This document shows positions 10,701-20,586 of a DNA stretch of 34,160 bases, one piece after another. The notes under the pieces were generated by a model, which saw only the letters and a program-made list of their open reading frames with translations, did not search any database and had not been told where the DNA came from. The translations under genes were made by a program, and so were the position numbers. The stretch lies in the IMG/VR virus record IMGVR_UViG_3300009786_000038, positions 1 through 34,160 of that record; one strand, 5' to 3'. The DNA is from a virus. Its lineage: Duplodnaviria > Caudoviricetes. Positions within the stretch are counted from its first letter, which is position 1. Each line of letters opens with the position of its first letter.

Positions 10701-13700
10701 AGTGAGGCTGGTATTGCCGAAGCTCAACAATCTGCAAAAGTTTTTAAAGACTTACAAAAAGAAGAAATAAAGGTCATAAATGATCTGCTTAAACTTGGAA
10801 AGGTATCTTCAAAAAGAAGGGTAGAGGTCTACAGGGACGGTCGGTTAGCAATGAAGCTAATTGCTGCGGCTTTTAATCAAAAAATGATTAATTTAGCAAA
10901 AGCAAAAGAGAAAGAAATATTAGAAATAGAACAAGACGCAAGCGATAAAGTTGTCGATATTTTAAGAAATAAAGCAGATCGAGAACTACAAATATCAGAA
11001 GATAAACATAAAAAGGAATTATCTGGTCTACTTGAAGCTATTACGCAAGAGGAAAAACAAGCTTTAGAGAGCTTTAAAAAATTAAAATCTAGGTCATCAC
11101 AACTCTTTGATTCAATAGGGATGCCACCTCCTAAATCAGATTGGGGGGAAGCGGTTAGGAAAAGTCTTCGCAAAACAGGAAAAGTAACTAAAGAACAACA
11201 ATCTTTACTTGATGCTCATGCCAAAAAATGGAGCGAACTTTCGGAAGAAGAGAGAGAAAATGCAAAGGCATTGACAGAAGTAGATTTGGCGGCAGATGAA
11301 ACTGCAAAAGCATTGCGTGATGCACTAACAGCAGCGGGTCCAGCTAAATTAACAGAGGAAGTTCAAGAACTATCAGAAGCGTGGAAGAACGCTAGTATTG
11401 AAGAACGAGCATTTGCAGAAGAAGTAGCCAAAGGTGTTGAGTGGAGTCCACCTAATGTAGATGACTTATCAATAGCTGATGGTTCATTTGTAGTGGAAAT
11501 GCCTGAAATGAACACCGACGAATTTACTGCTAAATTTGGAGGCTTTGTAAACGAAGCAACTCAGAATCATGCAAGATTTGTAGATACGATTAATAAAACT
11601 GGTTTTAATGAGGCAGAGTATACACTTAACAATTATGTCAACAACTTTATTACAGCGCAAAAATTACTAGAAGGAAAATTTGAAACTAAAGCAATAGCCG
11701 TTGACAGTGAAGCCTATACTACAGCAAATCAAGCCTTAAATGACTATGTAGGTAAACATACAGCAGCAAAACAAACAATAGACGCTAGAGAACTCAAATC
11801 TACACAATTACTAATGTCTGAGGAAGGCATTAAACAACATCACCAACAAAAAGCGGGTGAGGCTACACTAGAACATGACAAACGCATGGGGGAAGAAAAA
11901 GTAAGAATAAATAGAGGAACAACAGTTGAACTCAACGGGATTATAGATGAAAGGATTGAGAAATTAACAACCTCCGCTGGACAAGAACAAGCTGCATTAA
12001 CACAACTAGTAGACTGGAAAGACAACCAATTTGATCACCTAAATGACATTATCAAAGCCGCAGAAGACCATGGAATAGATATAACTGCGAAAGCTGCACA
12101 AGCAAAACTACTCATTGAACAACAGTATGCTGCCGAACGCACAGCCATAGTTGGTAAAATGTATGCCGATCTAGGCATAGCAGAAACAGAAGGTGGCGCA
12201 CAATTTGTACAGGGGCTTCAAGATAGCCAAGATAAACTAATAGGAATCTTAAAAGGTTCTGGTGCTTTAAGCGTACTAGCAGGAATGGGCATAGCTCTTT
12301 TCGTTGCTTTGAAGAAAAACCAAACAGAACTAATTAATTCTGAAATGGACTTTTACGAAGAACGGATAAAAATCCAACTGGACTATAATAGAAGAAAAAA
12401 TGATATTGCAAAGATGTTTCCAGACGGAGGTGCAGATTTTGATAAACTAATGGAGCAAACTGAAAGACTAAGAACATTAGGAGAAGCACAAGCAGAAAAC
12501 GATAAAGCAAAAATGCTGACCGATACGCGCTTTTATAAACTTACTATGAAAGCACTTGGGGCATATATAAAAGCATGGAAAGGTGGAATAGGTAAGATTT
12601 TTGAGGGCTTTAAATTCCTGGCAAAACCGCTTGAAGGTGCGCTTAGTGGGATGATAGGCGCAGCTAAAGATAAATTTCCTAAGTTAGCAGGAATAATCGG
12701 AAACGTCAAAGAACGTGTTGGAGAATCAGTAGGAAAGATAGCTGGAAAATTTGGTGAACTAGGACCGAAAATTGCTGCAACACTAGGAAAGATAAGCGTA
12801 AAAGGCTTTATGGTTGTTCTTGGAGCAATGGTAGGAGCAGCGGGAGCAGCGTTTAAAGGTATTGCTTCTGCTGCATCTATGGTTGGAAAAGCCATTATGA
12901 AAATAGCAGAGATGACAAATCAAGCTATTTCGTTTATGACAGGTGGATTTAGTTTAAATCTTTTAGATATGATGCAAGGTGGTGCAAACGCTATTCTGGA
13001 AGACTCTGAAAATGCAGCAGCAAGACTTAAAGAATTGGATGATGAACTTGCGGCTGGAACAATAACACAAGGAGAATATGATGAAGCAAGAGCCGAGGGA
13101 GTAGGAACCGCGAACCCAGAAGCAGCAGCAACACAGTTCGTTGATGATGCAGTAAATAAAGCTCTAAAATTTGTAGACGCTATCGTCACCGCTGCACCTA
13201 TAGTTGTTCAAAGACTTATAGATAAGTTGCCAGAACTTCTAAGTGCTATTGTTGCTGGAATTCCAGTGGTTCTAACAGCGTTATTACAGGGAATTGGTCC
13301 CGTCATAACAAGTGTTGTGAACATGCTTATTGCTCTAATTCCAGAACTTGTAAACGTTATCGTTACTGAATTACCTAATCTTGTAACTACCTTAATATTC
13401 TTAATTACAGATAAATTACCTGATATTATTGACGCATTAGTGACAGGTTTAACTAGTATCTTCGATACATTATTTGCACCGCTATCAGGCGAAAATATAG
13501 ATGATTTAAAAGCCGCACTTGCCGAGGGAAAGATAAGCGAAGAAGAATTTGCAAAACAGTCTCAAACTCTATTTGATACGCTAGTTGAAGCTATAGTTGC
13601 AGGGGCTTTGAAAATTATAGAAGGAATAGGTGATCTTGTAGTTCATCTTGTGAAAGCTGTTCCAGGTATTGTTCAAAGTATTGTGACAGCTTTACCAGAG

Positions 13701-14789
13701 CTTATTGAGGGACTATTAGCAGGTGCAAATAAGCTAATAGAAGCTGTTTTACAAGCACTACCAGATCTACTAATGTTCATTCTGATGGCATTACCAGGGT
13801 TGATTCTGGTTCTTCTGAAAGGAGTTCTGGATCTTATTGTAATTATTGCCAAAGAAGTACCTATGCTTGTTGCAAAAATTATTGAAGCTTTACCAGATCT
13901 TATTGAAGAAATATTAGCTATGGCTGTTTTGTTAATAGTAGCCATTATTGAAGCCGTTCCGCAAGTTGTCCTGGCATTAATATCGACATTACCAGCATTA
14001 ATTAAAGCTTTAGTTACACTAGTACCAGATGTTATACAAGTATTGATAATGCACCTTCTAACAGCTATACCAACTATTGTTGCAGTATTGATTACTGATA
14101 TTTTGTTTAAGTTACCAGAGATAGTTTACGAATTAATAGCAGGTATTATAGAAGGGATCGGTGGTGCCCTCGAAGGGGTAGTAGAGAGCATAAGAGAGGT
14201 ATGGACTTTAGATGGCGAATTTTGGGAGCCCTTGCGTAAAATGTGGGATGACGTAATCGAAAGAATTAAAGACGCACTACCTGGGGGTTTCCAAGATACA
14301 CCTGATGAAGAGCTAACTGATTCCCAAGTATACTTCAAAAAGATGGGTCGGTTTATAGGTGATACTTGGAACGAACTAACGTCGGGAGGTGATGCAGAAA
14401 CAGAAACGTGGGGAGATACCCCTGGACCTATTCTCGCTGGCACAGATGGTCTTGCTGCTAGGTTCCAAGCTGGTGACTATGTAATAGCCGCACAAGAGCC
14501 GTTAAACGTAGCATCACAAGCACTTGAACTCCTTGGCAGGAGTACACATGGTGCATTACGTGGGGCTGTTGCTACAGCAATTACTCCGCTAGTTAGCCCT
14601 ATTGCTTCTACTGATTCTGCTACACGCACACAAAATCTGAATATTGCGGTAATCGCTGAAGGACGGGTTTTAGATGACATACAAGTTCGGGCTATTAATA
14701 GTGGAAAAGCACCAAAAATGAAAAGAAAGCTTAGAGCAGCGTCAGGAGTAATTGTTGGATTCAATAGAGGCAAATATAATAACTATTAA
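7758..14789 (+). CDS. Tail tape measure protein (TP901-type core)
   Basis: 2343 aa; T.FTATQAAEGMQKLARAG...DVMTTAAQNS...LEETVA.LA core; long coiled coil; hydrophobic segments; C-terminal ~11-aa LPxLI repeats. Confidence 0.95.
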   Translation: MAWAERIDVEIGLNSRDFNKKLDKAIGNMNRFSTTVSKQSKKAFSVMAASAALAGVAVAKFGVTAVEAGAKFENAMYTLGSIRGIDPLTGSLKGAEDQARSLGQSTLFTATQAAEGMQKLARAGMSMADIIATSGTALEFAGANFISMNQSTTLVAATMKQFSIAAQDATRITDVMTTAAQNSLYNIEGLATSMRYGGSAGSSLGASLEETVAMLAQFRNLGLESSMAGVRFRQSMLALSAPTYKAKKALAALNIPLEEVNPRVVGLEQAFLRLGKAGLTADQLVPIVNKISAADVAKISSQLHDASTAVGDLGENSKETITPVQDLMNKMSEMRGVTKKTYDMIKASTVGQFQILQSAFQELQITLFDALKGGPTGTEEQFASIKHVIQGLKSVVDDLIRAFKISLNEIGKSTGAIFGDVANKLKSNSEVIAATLVKNVLHAMSFAKALYDWISVIATITKLLAVMFASFSIVSMTAAVYGFIKALILLAGTATTASLAFHTLAASLAEAQLALLGPLGIVAALGLFIGAMGGIEIASRAAADKTDLLTQKIVAQKTAYTEFTKVLEEYLNQVSNVEQRVGIKAISDELDVRGELNVSLKTTLDNLRNLTEEQKQAAPEKYFNTQIMAGGKLYDVVLDLVAARKLQETSLDEVVGAENIAALSTERFASSVDKATGDIRFGSTELKSAQISLKDYSDTMEGGTQGVQKFTTEMKDGIKVFKDLGGSSTEIEGASIAFAETLKKQGIAVSNLADDYSGELNPQLMNMRGIEADILAESDKKIENINRYQNANTSLKDALQDVVTKSKEYAELPDPGFLDSVSESESGAKRLLIGEIEEDLKDLQELLNDLGEADIITIPEIPQIDLTAWHDVKGIIGTVTDTDDLDNFISVLNTQLEPSFVNIQSSTAHWIQLNQKWHDALMGMLDIDVTPVSEGIRKVGAEADSAANKLKSLLDKLEKLKDKRIQIIISLQQEVAELIDPSEAGIAEAQQSAKVFKDLQKEEIKVINDLLKLGKVSSKRRVEVYRDGRLAMKLIAAAFNQKMINLAKAKEKEILEIEQDASDKVVDILRNKADRELQISEDKHKKELSGLLEAITQEEKQALESFKKLKSRSSQLFDSIGMPPPKSDWGEAVRKSLRKTGKVTKEQQSLLDAHAKKWSELSEEERENAKALTEVDLAADETAKALRDALTAAGPAKLTEEVQELSEAWKNASIEERAFAEEVAKGVEWSPPNVDDLSIADGSFVVEMPEMNTDEFTAKFGGFVNEATQNHARFVDTINKTGFNEAEYTLNNYVNNFITAQKLLEGKFETKAIAVDSEAYTTANQALNDYVGKHTAAKQTIDARELKSTQLLMSEEGIKQHHQQKAGEATLEHDKRMGEEKVRINRGTTVELNGIIDERIEKLTTSAGQEQAALTQLVDWKDNQFDHLNDIIKAAEDHGIDITAKAAQAKLLIEQQYAAERTAIVGKMYADLGIAETEGGAQFVQGLQDSQDKLIGILKGSGALSVLAGMGIALFVALKKNQTELINSEMDFYEERIKIQLDYNRRKNDIAKMFPDGGADFDKLMEQTERLRTLGEAQAENDKAKMLTDTRFYKLTMKALGAYIKAWKGGIGKIFEGFKFLAKPLEGALSGMIGAAKDKFPKLAGIIGNVKERVGESVGKIAGKFGELGPKIAATLGKISVKGFMVVLGAMVGAAGAAFKGIASAASMVGKAIMKIAEMTNQAISFMTGGFSLNLLDMMQGGANAILEDSENAAARLKELDDELAAGTITQGEYDEARAEGVGTANPEAAATQFVDDAVNKALKFVDAIVTAAPIVVQRLIDKLPELLSAIVAGIPVVLTALLQGIGPVITSVVNMLIALIPELVNVIVTELPNLVTTLIFLITDKLPDIIDALVTGLTSIFDTLFAPLSGENIDDLKAALAEGKISEEEFAKQSQTLFDTLVEAIVAGALKIIEGIGDLVVHLVKAVPGIVQSIVTALPELIEGLLAGANKLIEAVLQALPDLLMFILMALPGLILVLLKGVLDLIVIIAKEVPMLVAKIIEALPDLIEEILAMAVLLIVAIIEAVPQVVLALISTLPALIKALVTLVPDVIQVLIMHLLTAIPTIVAVLITDILFKLPEIVYELIAGIIEGIGGALEGVVESIREVWTLDGEFWEPLRKMWDDVIERIKDALPGGFQDTPDEELTDSQVYFKKMGRFIGDTWNELTSGGDAETETWGDTPGPILAGTDGLAARFQAGDYVIAAQEPLNVASQALELLGRSTHGALRGAVATAITPLVSPIASTDSATRTQNLNIAVIAEGRVLDDIQVRAINSGKAPKMKRKLRAASGVIVGFNRGKYNNY

Positions 14790-14802
14790 TTAGAGACTTC
14801 AA

Positions 14803-17800
14803 ATGGCTGAATTTCCCACTCAATTTGTAATTGTAAATGATCCGAATTTTAAAGAAGCTACTGTAACACCAGCTACAGCTTCAGTTGATAATATTAAATC
14901 AAAGAAAACTGGACCCGCTGTTGGAGCAGTATCTAATGTTGGTGATTCCTCTTTGTTTCTAACAGGAACACCAACAACAAATAGCACTTATGAATTTAAG
15001 ATTCAAAAAAGTCAAGATGCTACACAACAAGGAAGCTTTATTTGGAAAAAATCATCAGAAAGCGATGAAAACTGGAAGGGAACACCAGACCTTAAACAAA
15101 TGCATACTGTTCAAACAATAGAGGGGTGGCAGGGGGGTTGGATAAAGGAATTTACATACCCGCAAACAATATACTGTAAAAACACACAGAAAGAGATTTG
15201 TTACACAACAAAGAGAACTAGCTTCATTAGTGTGGTTTATAGAGATTACAAAAGAAATTCTGATTCTATTTCAAATCCTTGGACAACTCCAACTATTTCT
15301 ATTGATGGAATAACTAGTTCTCCAGATGGTAAGATTTGGTATTCTTCTCTAAATTTAGAGGGCACACCTTGTCAAGTATCATCAGGTCGTCTTGCAAAGT
15401 ATTTTGGTCTTGATTTTACTGTCTGTGCTTTAAAAAATGGAACTATTCTATTAGCTATCTCAACAGGTGGAGACATAAATATTTATTCTTCAACTGATGG
15501 ATTAAATTTCACAACTATATGTAAAGGATTAGTATCTTCATCGTCTTTAACAGAAGTACAAATAAGTAGAATAGAAATGGTTTCTAGCGGCAATTATGTA
15601 AGTATTGCCATTGGAGCCCAAAAAACATTAATATTTGAAAACAATAGTATTGTGGGTAGTTTCCTACAGGAGATGGTAATTCCAAGTATTAAATCTTTTT
15701 TTAGTTCAAATCAGGGTGTTACTTGGTCATACCGAAAACAAAGTGAGAAGCTAGATATTGGTAAAATAGATGCTCCAAATTGGAGTGGCTTAAATCCTGG
15801 TGACATATATTGGAATACTGATTGTTGGTGTCTTGGCTCCTTAGATGACGAAGGAACCTTTATTCTTTGGAACCAAAGCACAACAAGCACTACTCCAAAA
15901 TTGATCGGATTGGTAGCCTCTGGAGCGCAGCCATTTGAGTATGTTTATGGATTTGATCATCATAGTACATATATGTTAAAACCTGTCATTATAAACACTC
16001 CAGACAGAGTATATTTTATATCTAGTACATATTTTCCAAGAGATGAAAATATGCTTCCAGAAGCCTATCAAATCAATAATACATATGCTTCTTTAGTCAA
16101 TTTTGAACTGTCTGTAGGATGGTTAGAAAAGGTAAAATTTACACTTGGTACAGATGTGGTAAACCTTAGCCCATCAGGAAGTGATTATGGATTTACTTCC
16201 TTCTCTGGGGGGGGGCACTTTGGTTTTACTGATTTAAATGGATACCCTAATCCTAATGGGGGTATTTCATTTACTGCTCTATTAAGAAATAGCTGGGGGG
16301 ATACCCCATGTAGGTCTGGAGCCGTTCCAGTTCCACCTGTTTATTTTAGAATGGGAGGCTGGGAAACTAATCCTGTAAGAAGCTTAAATTATGCAAATAC
16401 AGGAATTGAACAAGGACAAAACTATCTACAACAACAAAATTATATTAACACTCCTATTAAACTTTATGAAGTCGAATTCCAGCCATTTATGGGTCTTCCT
16501 ACGGGGGGATACTACTCTAATGGTTTTCTTTATTCGTCTGAGGATAAATCTCCATGGAACATAGTAAGAGGCAACTCATCTGTTATTTGGAATCCAGCTT
16601 ATATAGAAATAAGCGATAATACTACTGGAACCACCACAGGTGGCTTGCTCTATAACTACCTCTCTCTACATAGTTATTCTTCTCCTAGTTACCATTCTCC
16701 ATATGACCCATCACTACCGGGTGCTGGAATTTCACAATATGAGTCAGATTTAGCAGCAGGTGGAATAACTAATTTTCATGTACCAGATTCAGGTAGAGAT
16801 TGGGATACTGGCGCAAACGCTCCAGTAGTAGATGGAGGATGGGGGGGGCAAGGTATGGCTCTCCCAGAAGCAAATAAAGAGTTTCCAATACCATGTTGGG
16901 GATTTATACCAACAATGAATGGATCATCAGTTACATATAATGCTTTAAGTGATCGAGATAAGGTAAAACTTTCAAGATGGGGTAGTGGTTCTTGTTTAAG
17001 ATTTATTGTTTCTGCTCAAAATTCAGCCTCGGATACTCATGGAACAGGGGTTACTCTATATGGTGAAAATAGCCCTATAGTGTGTGGAATATCTACTTAT
17101 CTAGGTCAAAATCTATTGACCGGTGGAGTAGGGACTACAAGAGTATTAAATATAGAAGTCAGAGTAGGAACTCGTACTATTGATTTAATAGATGTAAGAA
17201 ATCTTGCTGGTCCTACCAGAATCGGAAGAATTGATACTGGATCAGATACTGGTCTTTTATTAAAGGAATGGGAAATTAGGGTTGGTATCACCCCTTGGAG
17301 GTATTTAGGCACAACCTCTAATGAATCAAGTAATCCATATATTTCTATGATAGCTAAACAACTTGGAACAGATCAATGGTATTCAACTGGAGATGTATAT
17401 AACGATACTGATATAAACATGGATTATCCAGCAACCCGTATTTTATTAAATCAAATGCTTTATTTTGGACACGACACAGTTGCCGCTAATGTTACCAATA
17501 AAAGCAGATGGAGTTTCGTTGGCATCCACGCAGGTAACGATTTAAATACCCTCTCTTATGTTTCCCCAGATCTTAATCCTGTTGCTAATTTAAAGTCGTA
17601 TAGTCGTAATTTCGGAGGACCATTAAGCCCATTCCCTATTGGGATAGAGAAAAATCTAAGTACAGTATGGGGTGGATCAACAGGAGCAGTAGGTGATCAA
17701 TTTAATATGGAAGTAGATCACAACTATGCTCTTACTAATATGCTTAAATTTAATAGTCCAAGAGTATTTTTTGAAAGTACCGATGCTAATAGTTTTACCG

Positions 17801-18861
17801 ACTTTGAGTTTGTTGTTTCATCAAAAGAAAATACAGTTATGTATTTGAATCATTTTGCATCAACAAACTGTAGAGCTAAGAAGCTCGAATTCTCTTATAG
17901 TAATGATGGGATAACTTACTCATCTCCTGTAGATACCTTAGACTTTGGTACAATTATTACTGGATCTGTACAAGAAGTAAGGAACAATATTCTAAGAATT
18001 AGATGGGACGCAACAGATGCATACTATGGAACTCCTATTCATAAAATACTTAGGGATGGATTACTTACTTCCTCATCCAAAAGAAATTGGTATCTCTATA
18101 AAGACAGTGTAGGTAGTGTTGGAACTACTTGGGAACTAAAAGTAGCTTATGATATTGTTAGAGAATACAAAATTGGTCAAGTTAATAGAAGTGGAATCCT
18201 TCTGCATGAAAGTGATATAGAAATATCCACTAAAAACGCTGCTTCTTACTATCCAATATCAGCAGCAACTTGCTTAATTCCATCATATGCAGTTGGTTCC
18301 TCTATTAGAATTTACTCAGATAGAGGAATGAAAGAACTTGATACCTCTTTAACTCCAAGTCCTTTGGGGGCAAAGTATGTAAAAGTCGTTGCTACGCCAT
18401 TTGAAAGAGCAGACAATAATTCAATAAGAATTGGAACTATGATTGGTGGAATTAAAAAAGAATTTAAGCCTCCTTTGAATTGGGATTGGAGCGATGTTGA
18501 AACACCAAATGAAGAACAAATGACCACAAGAAGCGGTATCAAATGGACTAATACACAAGGACCATCTTCAAGGGCTTTATCTCTAAAAATGGAAGGGGAT
18601 TTAAGTGAACAATTTAGATATGGATTCAGAAAAACCCTAGACGGAATTACTCAATATTCTAAAAATCCAATGTTTATCTCTTTGGCACCAATGTCTACAA
18701 TTGGAACAATCCCAAATAGAAGTCTTTATGAAGAAAATCTTTCATTAGTTCAATTTGATAGCTCAAGTGACTTTAAAAATCAAGGATGGAAATATAACGA
18801 AAACACTTCTGAATGGATTGCAATTGGAAATATGGGCTTTAAATTCTCGGAAATTGTATGA
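14803..18861 (+). CDS. Large tail tip / virion protein with Asp-box (BNR)-like motifs
   Basis: 1352 aa directly after the tape measure; YSSTDGLNF, FSSNQGVTW and YSNDGITY motifs. Confidence 0.6.
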   Translation: MAEFPTQFVIVNDPNFKEATVTPATASVDNIKSKKTGPAVGAVSNVGDSSLFLTGTPTTNSTYEFKIQKSQDATQQGSFIWKKSSESDENWKGTPDLKQMHTVQTIEGWQGGWIKEFTYPQTIYCKNTQKEICYTTKRTSFISVVYRDYKRNSDSISNPWTTPTISIDGITSSPDGKIWYSSLNLEGTPCQVSSGRLAKYFGLDFTVCALKNGTILLAISTGGDINIYSSTDGLNFTTICKGLVSSSSLTEVQISRIEMVSSGNYVSIAIGAQKTLIFENNSIVGSFLQEMVIPSIKSFFSSNQGVTWSYRKQSEKLDIGKIDAPNWSGLNPGDIYWNTDCWCLGSLDDEGTFILWNQSTTSTTPKLIGLVASGAQPFEYVYGFDHHSTYMLKPVIINTPDRVYFISSTYFPRDENMLPEAYQINNTYASLVNFELSVGWLEKVKFTLGTDVVNLSPSGSDYGFTSFSGGGHFGFTDLNGYPNPNGGISFTALLRNSWGDTPCRSGAVPVPPVYFRMGGWETNPVRSLNYANTGIEQGQNYLQQQNYINTPIKLYEVEFQPFMGLPTGGYYSNGFLYSSEDKSPWNIVRGNSSVIWNPAYIEISDNTTGTTTGGLLYNYLSLHSYSSPSYHSPYDPSLPGAGISQYESDLAAGGITNFHVPDSGRDWDTGANAPVVDGGWGGQGMALPEANKEFPIPCWGFIPTMNGSSVTYNALSDRDKVKLSRWGSGSCLRFIVSAQNSASDTHGTGVTLYGENSPIVCGISTYLGQNLLTGGVGTTRVLNIEVRVGTRTIDLIDVRNLAGPTRIGRIDTGSDTGLLLKEWEIRVGITPWRYLGTTSNESSNPYISMIAKQLGTDQWYSTGDVYNDTDINMDYPATRILLNQMLYFGHDTVAANVTNKSRWSFVGIHAGNDLNTLSYVSPDLNPVANLKSYSRNFGGPLSPFPIGIEKNLSTVWGGSTGAVGDQFNMEVDHNYALTNMLKFNSPRVFFESTDANSFTDFEFVVSSKENTVMYLNHFASTNCRAKKLEFSYSNDGITYSSPVDTLDFGTIITGSVQEVRNNILRIRWDATDAYYGTPIHKILRDGLLTSSSKRNWYLYKDSVGSVGTTWELKVAYDIVREYKIGQVNRSGILLHESDIEISTKNAASYYPISAATCLIPSYAVGSSIRIYSDRGMKELDTSLTPSPLGAKYVKVVATPFERADNNSIRIGTMIGGIKKEFKPPLNWDWSDVETPNEEQMTTRSGIKWTNTQGPSSRALSLKMEGDLSEQFRYGFRKTLDGITQYSKNPMFISLAPMSTIGTIPNRSLYEENLSLVQFDSSSDFKNQGWKYNENTSEWIAIGNMGFKFSEIV

Positions 18862-20579
18862 AACAAAAAAGCCAACTAGAAACATTAAGGGATTTATATT
18901 TCGTACAAGAAAAAAGCAAACAATCAATCACTGATTATTGGAAAAATGAATTCATTAACAATCCATATTTTGAAAATGTTTTTATAACTGTAGATTTGAT
19001 TCTATCTACTGGAAGAGTTCTAAGATTAGCAGTAGATAGATTTTCTGTATCTAAGGGTACAGAAACAATTGGCTATCTTCCTTTTCTTGTAAATGAACCA
19101 GAAATAAGTTCTTCCTACACTTTTTTAAGTGGAGATGGGAGTCAACGATCTATTTCTATTGAAATAGACGGGAGGATAATAAAACCAATGTCGGCTTTAC
19201 AAAGCGGAAGCTTTCTTGCTGGCATAGGGGAAATAAGTTTACAAAAAGCCGATGGAATTTATAATAATAGACTTGTTCTTATGAAAGGAGAAATGACGGG
19301 AGGAATTTCATTTGGAACAGATACAGAAAGAGTCTCTGTAACTTTATCAGATCCAATATTATCAAAAGATTTTAAAATTCCCAAATCAAATCACTACATA
19401 TTAAAAGGTGATGATTTTCCAGACCTGCCAGAAGACCAAATGGGGGAAAAATTCCCACTAATAATAGGGAGATATGAAGGAGGTGTTCCGTGTATACGGA
19501 TCACCGCAAACAGATACGGACCACAATTCCTTGTTGGATATGGGTGGCAAATCCAAGTTACGGGAGTTGTTCTTGACGGAAGAGATATTCCATCAGACGA
19601 TATAGAAAGAGGCTGGGAGATAAAAACAGCTACTACGCCAAGTGGTATTCCGTATACTTATATAGATTTTGTTTACCCAAATTCAATGACTACACCTGAA
19701 TGGACTCAGCCAAATATAGACAATGCCGAAGTTTATGAATTCCAATGGGTAGATAATGCACATGTCTATGCCATAGTAGGTGAAAGATCTGTATTTGCTG
19801 TGTCAGACAATGAAACCATGATGGAACAAATAAAGTTTTTCATAACTAATTATAGTGGATTTGGAATAGATGGTTTCGATATACCATCGTACAATAGAGC
19901 TATAATTAAAGACCCAGGATTAAAAATACAAACACTTATAAATGGCTCTACTTCAATAGATAGCACTACAGTATTAGAATATATACAGTCAACTATTAGT
20001 GACTCATTCCCTATGGTATCCCTAATCTATACTGGAATTGGAATTGGAGTAATTTACACAGATAGAAGAAACACCACTGTTTATCAAAGCTTTATAAAAG
20101 GACAAAAAGGAATAATAGACAGGGCTTCACAGTTTGCAGAAACATCAACAGAAGAGGTTTTTAATTCATTTGTCCTAAAATACGCATACGATACAGCAAA
20201 CGATGTTTATACAAAAATGATCACTGCAGATTATACTAATAATAAATTGTGTGAAATATCCGCAGCTAGATTAGGCCATAGAGAGTATGGTTTATTAGAA
20301 TCAGTAACTATATTTGATGACAGAACAGCTATCTATATCGTGAATTGGCTTGCTGCCCATATTTCTCTCCCAAGGTATATTGTTCAATATACCGTTGCTC
20401 CAGATTTGTTCTTATATTTAAGTGTTGGGGATAATATAAAAATAACAGACGAAGAAATGGGATTAGAAGGAATTACTTCAACAATAACAGAAATCATCTA
20501 CAATAAAAAAGAAATGATAATCACTGTAGATATGTGGATTATTCAAGATAAATTAGAAAAATTATCAGTTATTACATGA
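18858..20579 (+). CDS. Putative tail tip / baseplate hub protein
   Basis: ATGA overlap with the previous gene; FPLIIGR motif and C-terminal LSVGDNIKITDEEMG hub-like beta barrel; position in the module. Confidence 0.55.
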   Translation: MKQKSQLETLRDLYFVQEKSKQSITDYWKNEFINNPYFENVFITVDLILSTGRVLRLAVDRFSVSKGTETIGYLPFLVNEPEISSSYTFLSGDGSQRSISIEIDGRIIKPMSALQSGSFLAGIGEISLQKADGIYNNRLVLMKGEMTGGISFGTDTERVSVTLSDPILSKDFKIPKSNHYILKGDDFPDLPEDQMGEKFPLIIGRYEGGVPCIRITANRYGPQFLVGYGWQIQVTGVVLDGRDIPSDDIERGWEIKTATTPSGIPYTYIDFVYPNSMTTPEWTQPNIDNAEVYEFQWVDNAHVYAIVGERSVFAVSDNETMMEQIKFFITNYSGFGIDGFDIPSYNRAIIKDPGLKIQTLINGSTSIDSTTVLEYIQSTISDSFPMVSLIYTGIGIGVIYTDRRNTTVYQSFIKGQKGIIDRASQFAETSTEEVFNSFVLKYAYDTANDVYTKMITADYTNNKLCEISAARLGHREYGLLESVTIFDDRTAIYIVNWLAAHISLPRYIVQYTVAPDLFLYLSVGDNIKITDEEMGLEGITSTITEIIYNKKEMIITVDMWIIQDKLEKLSVIT

Positions 20580-20586
20580 GTTTATT

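Noticed and set aside
8837-14773. Many minus-strand ORFs within the tape measure gene (and similar ones within other long genes)
   Set aside because: Antisense shadows of a long coding frame
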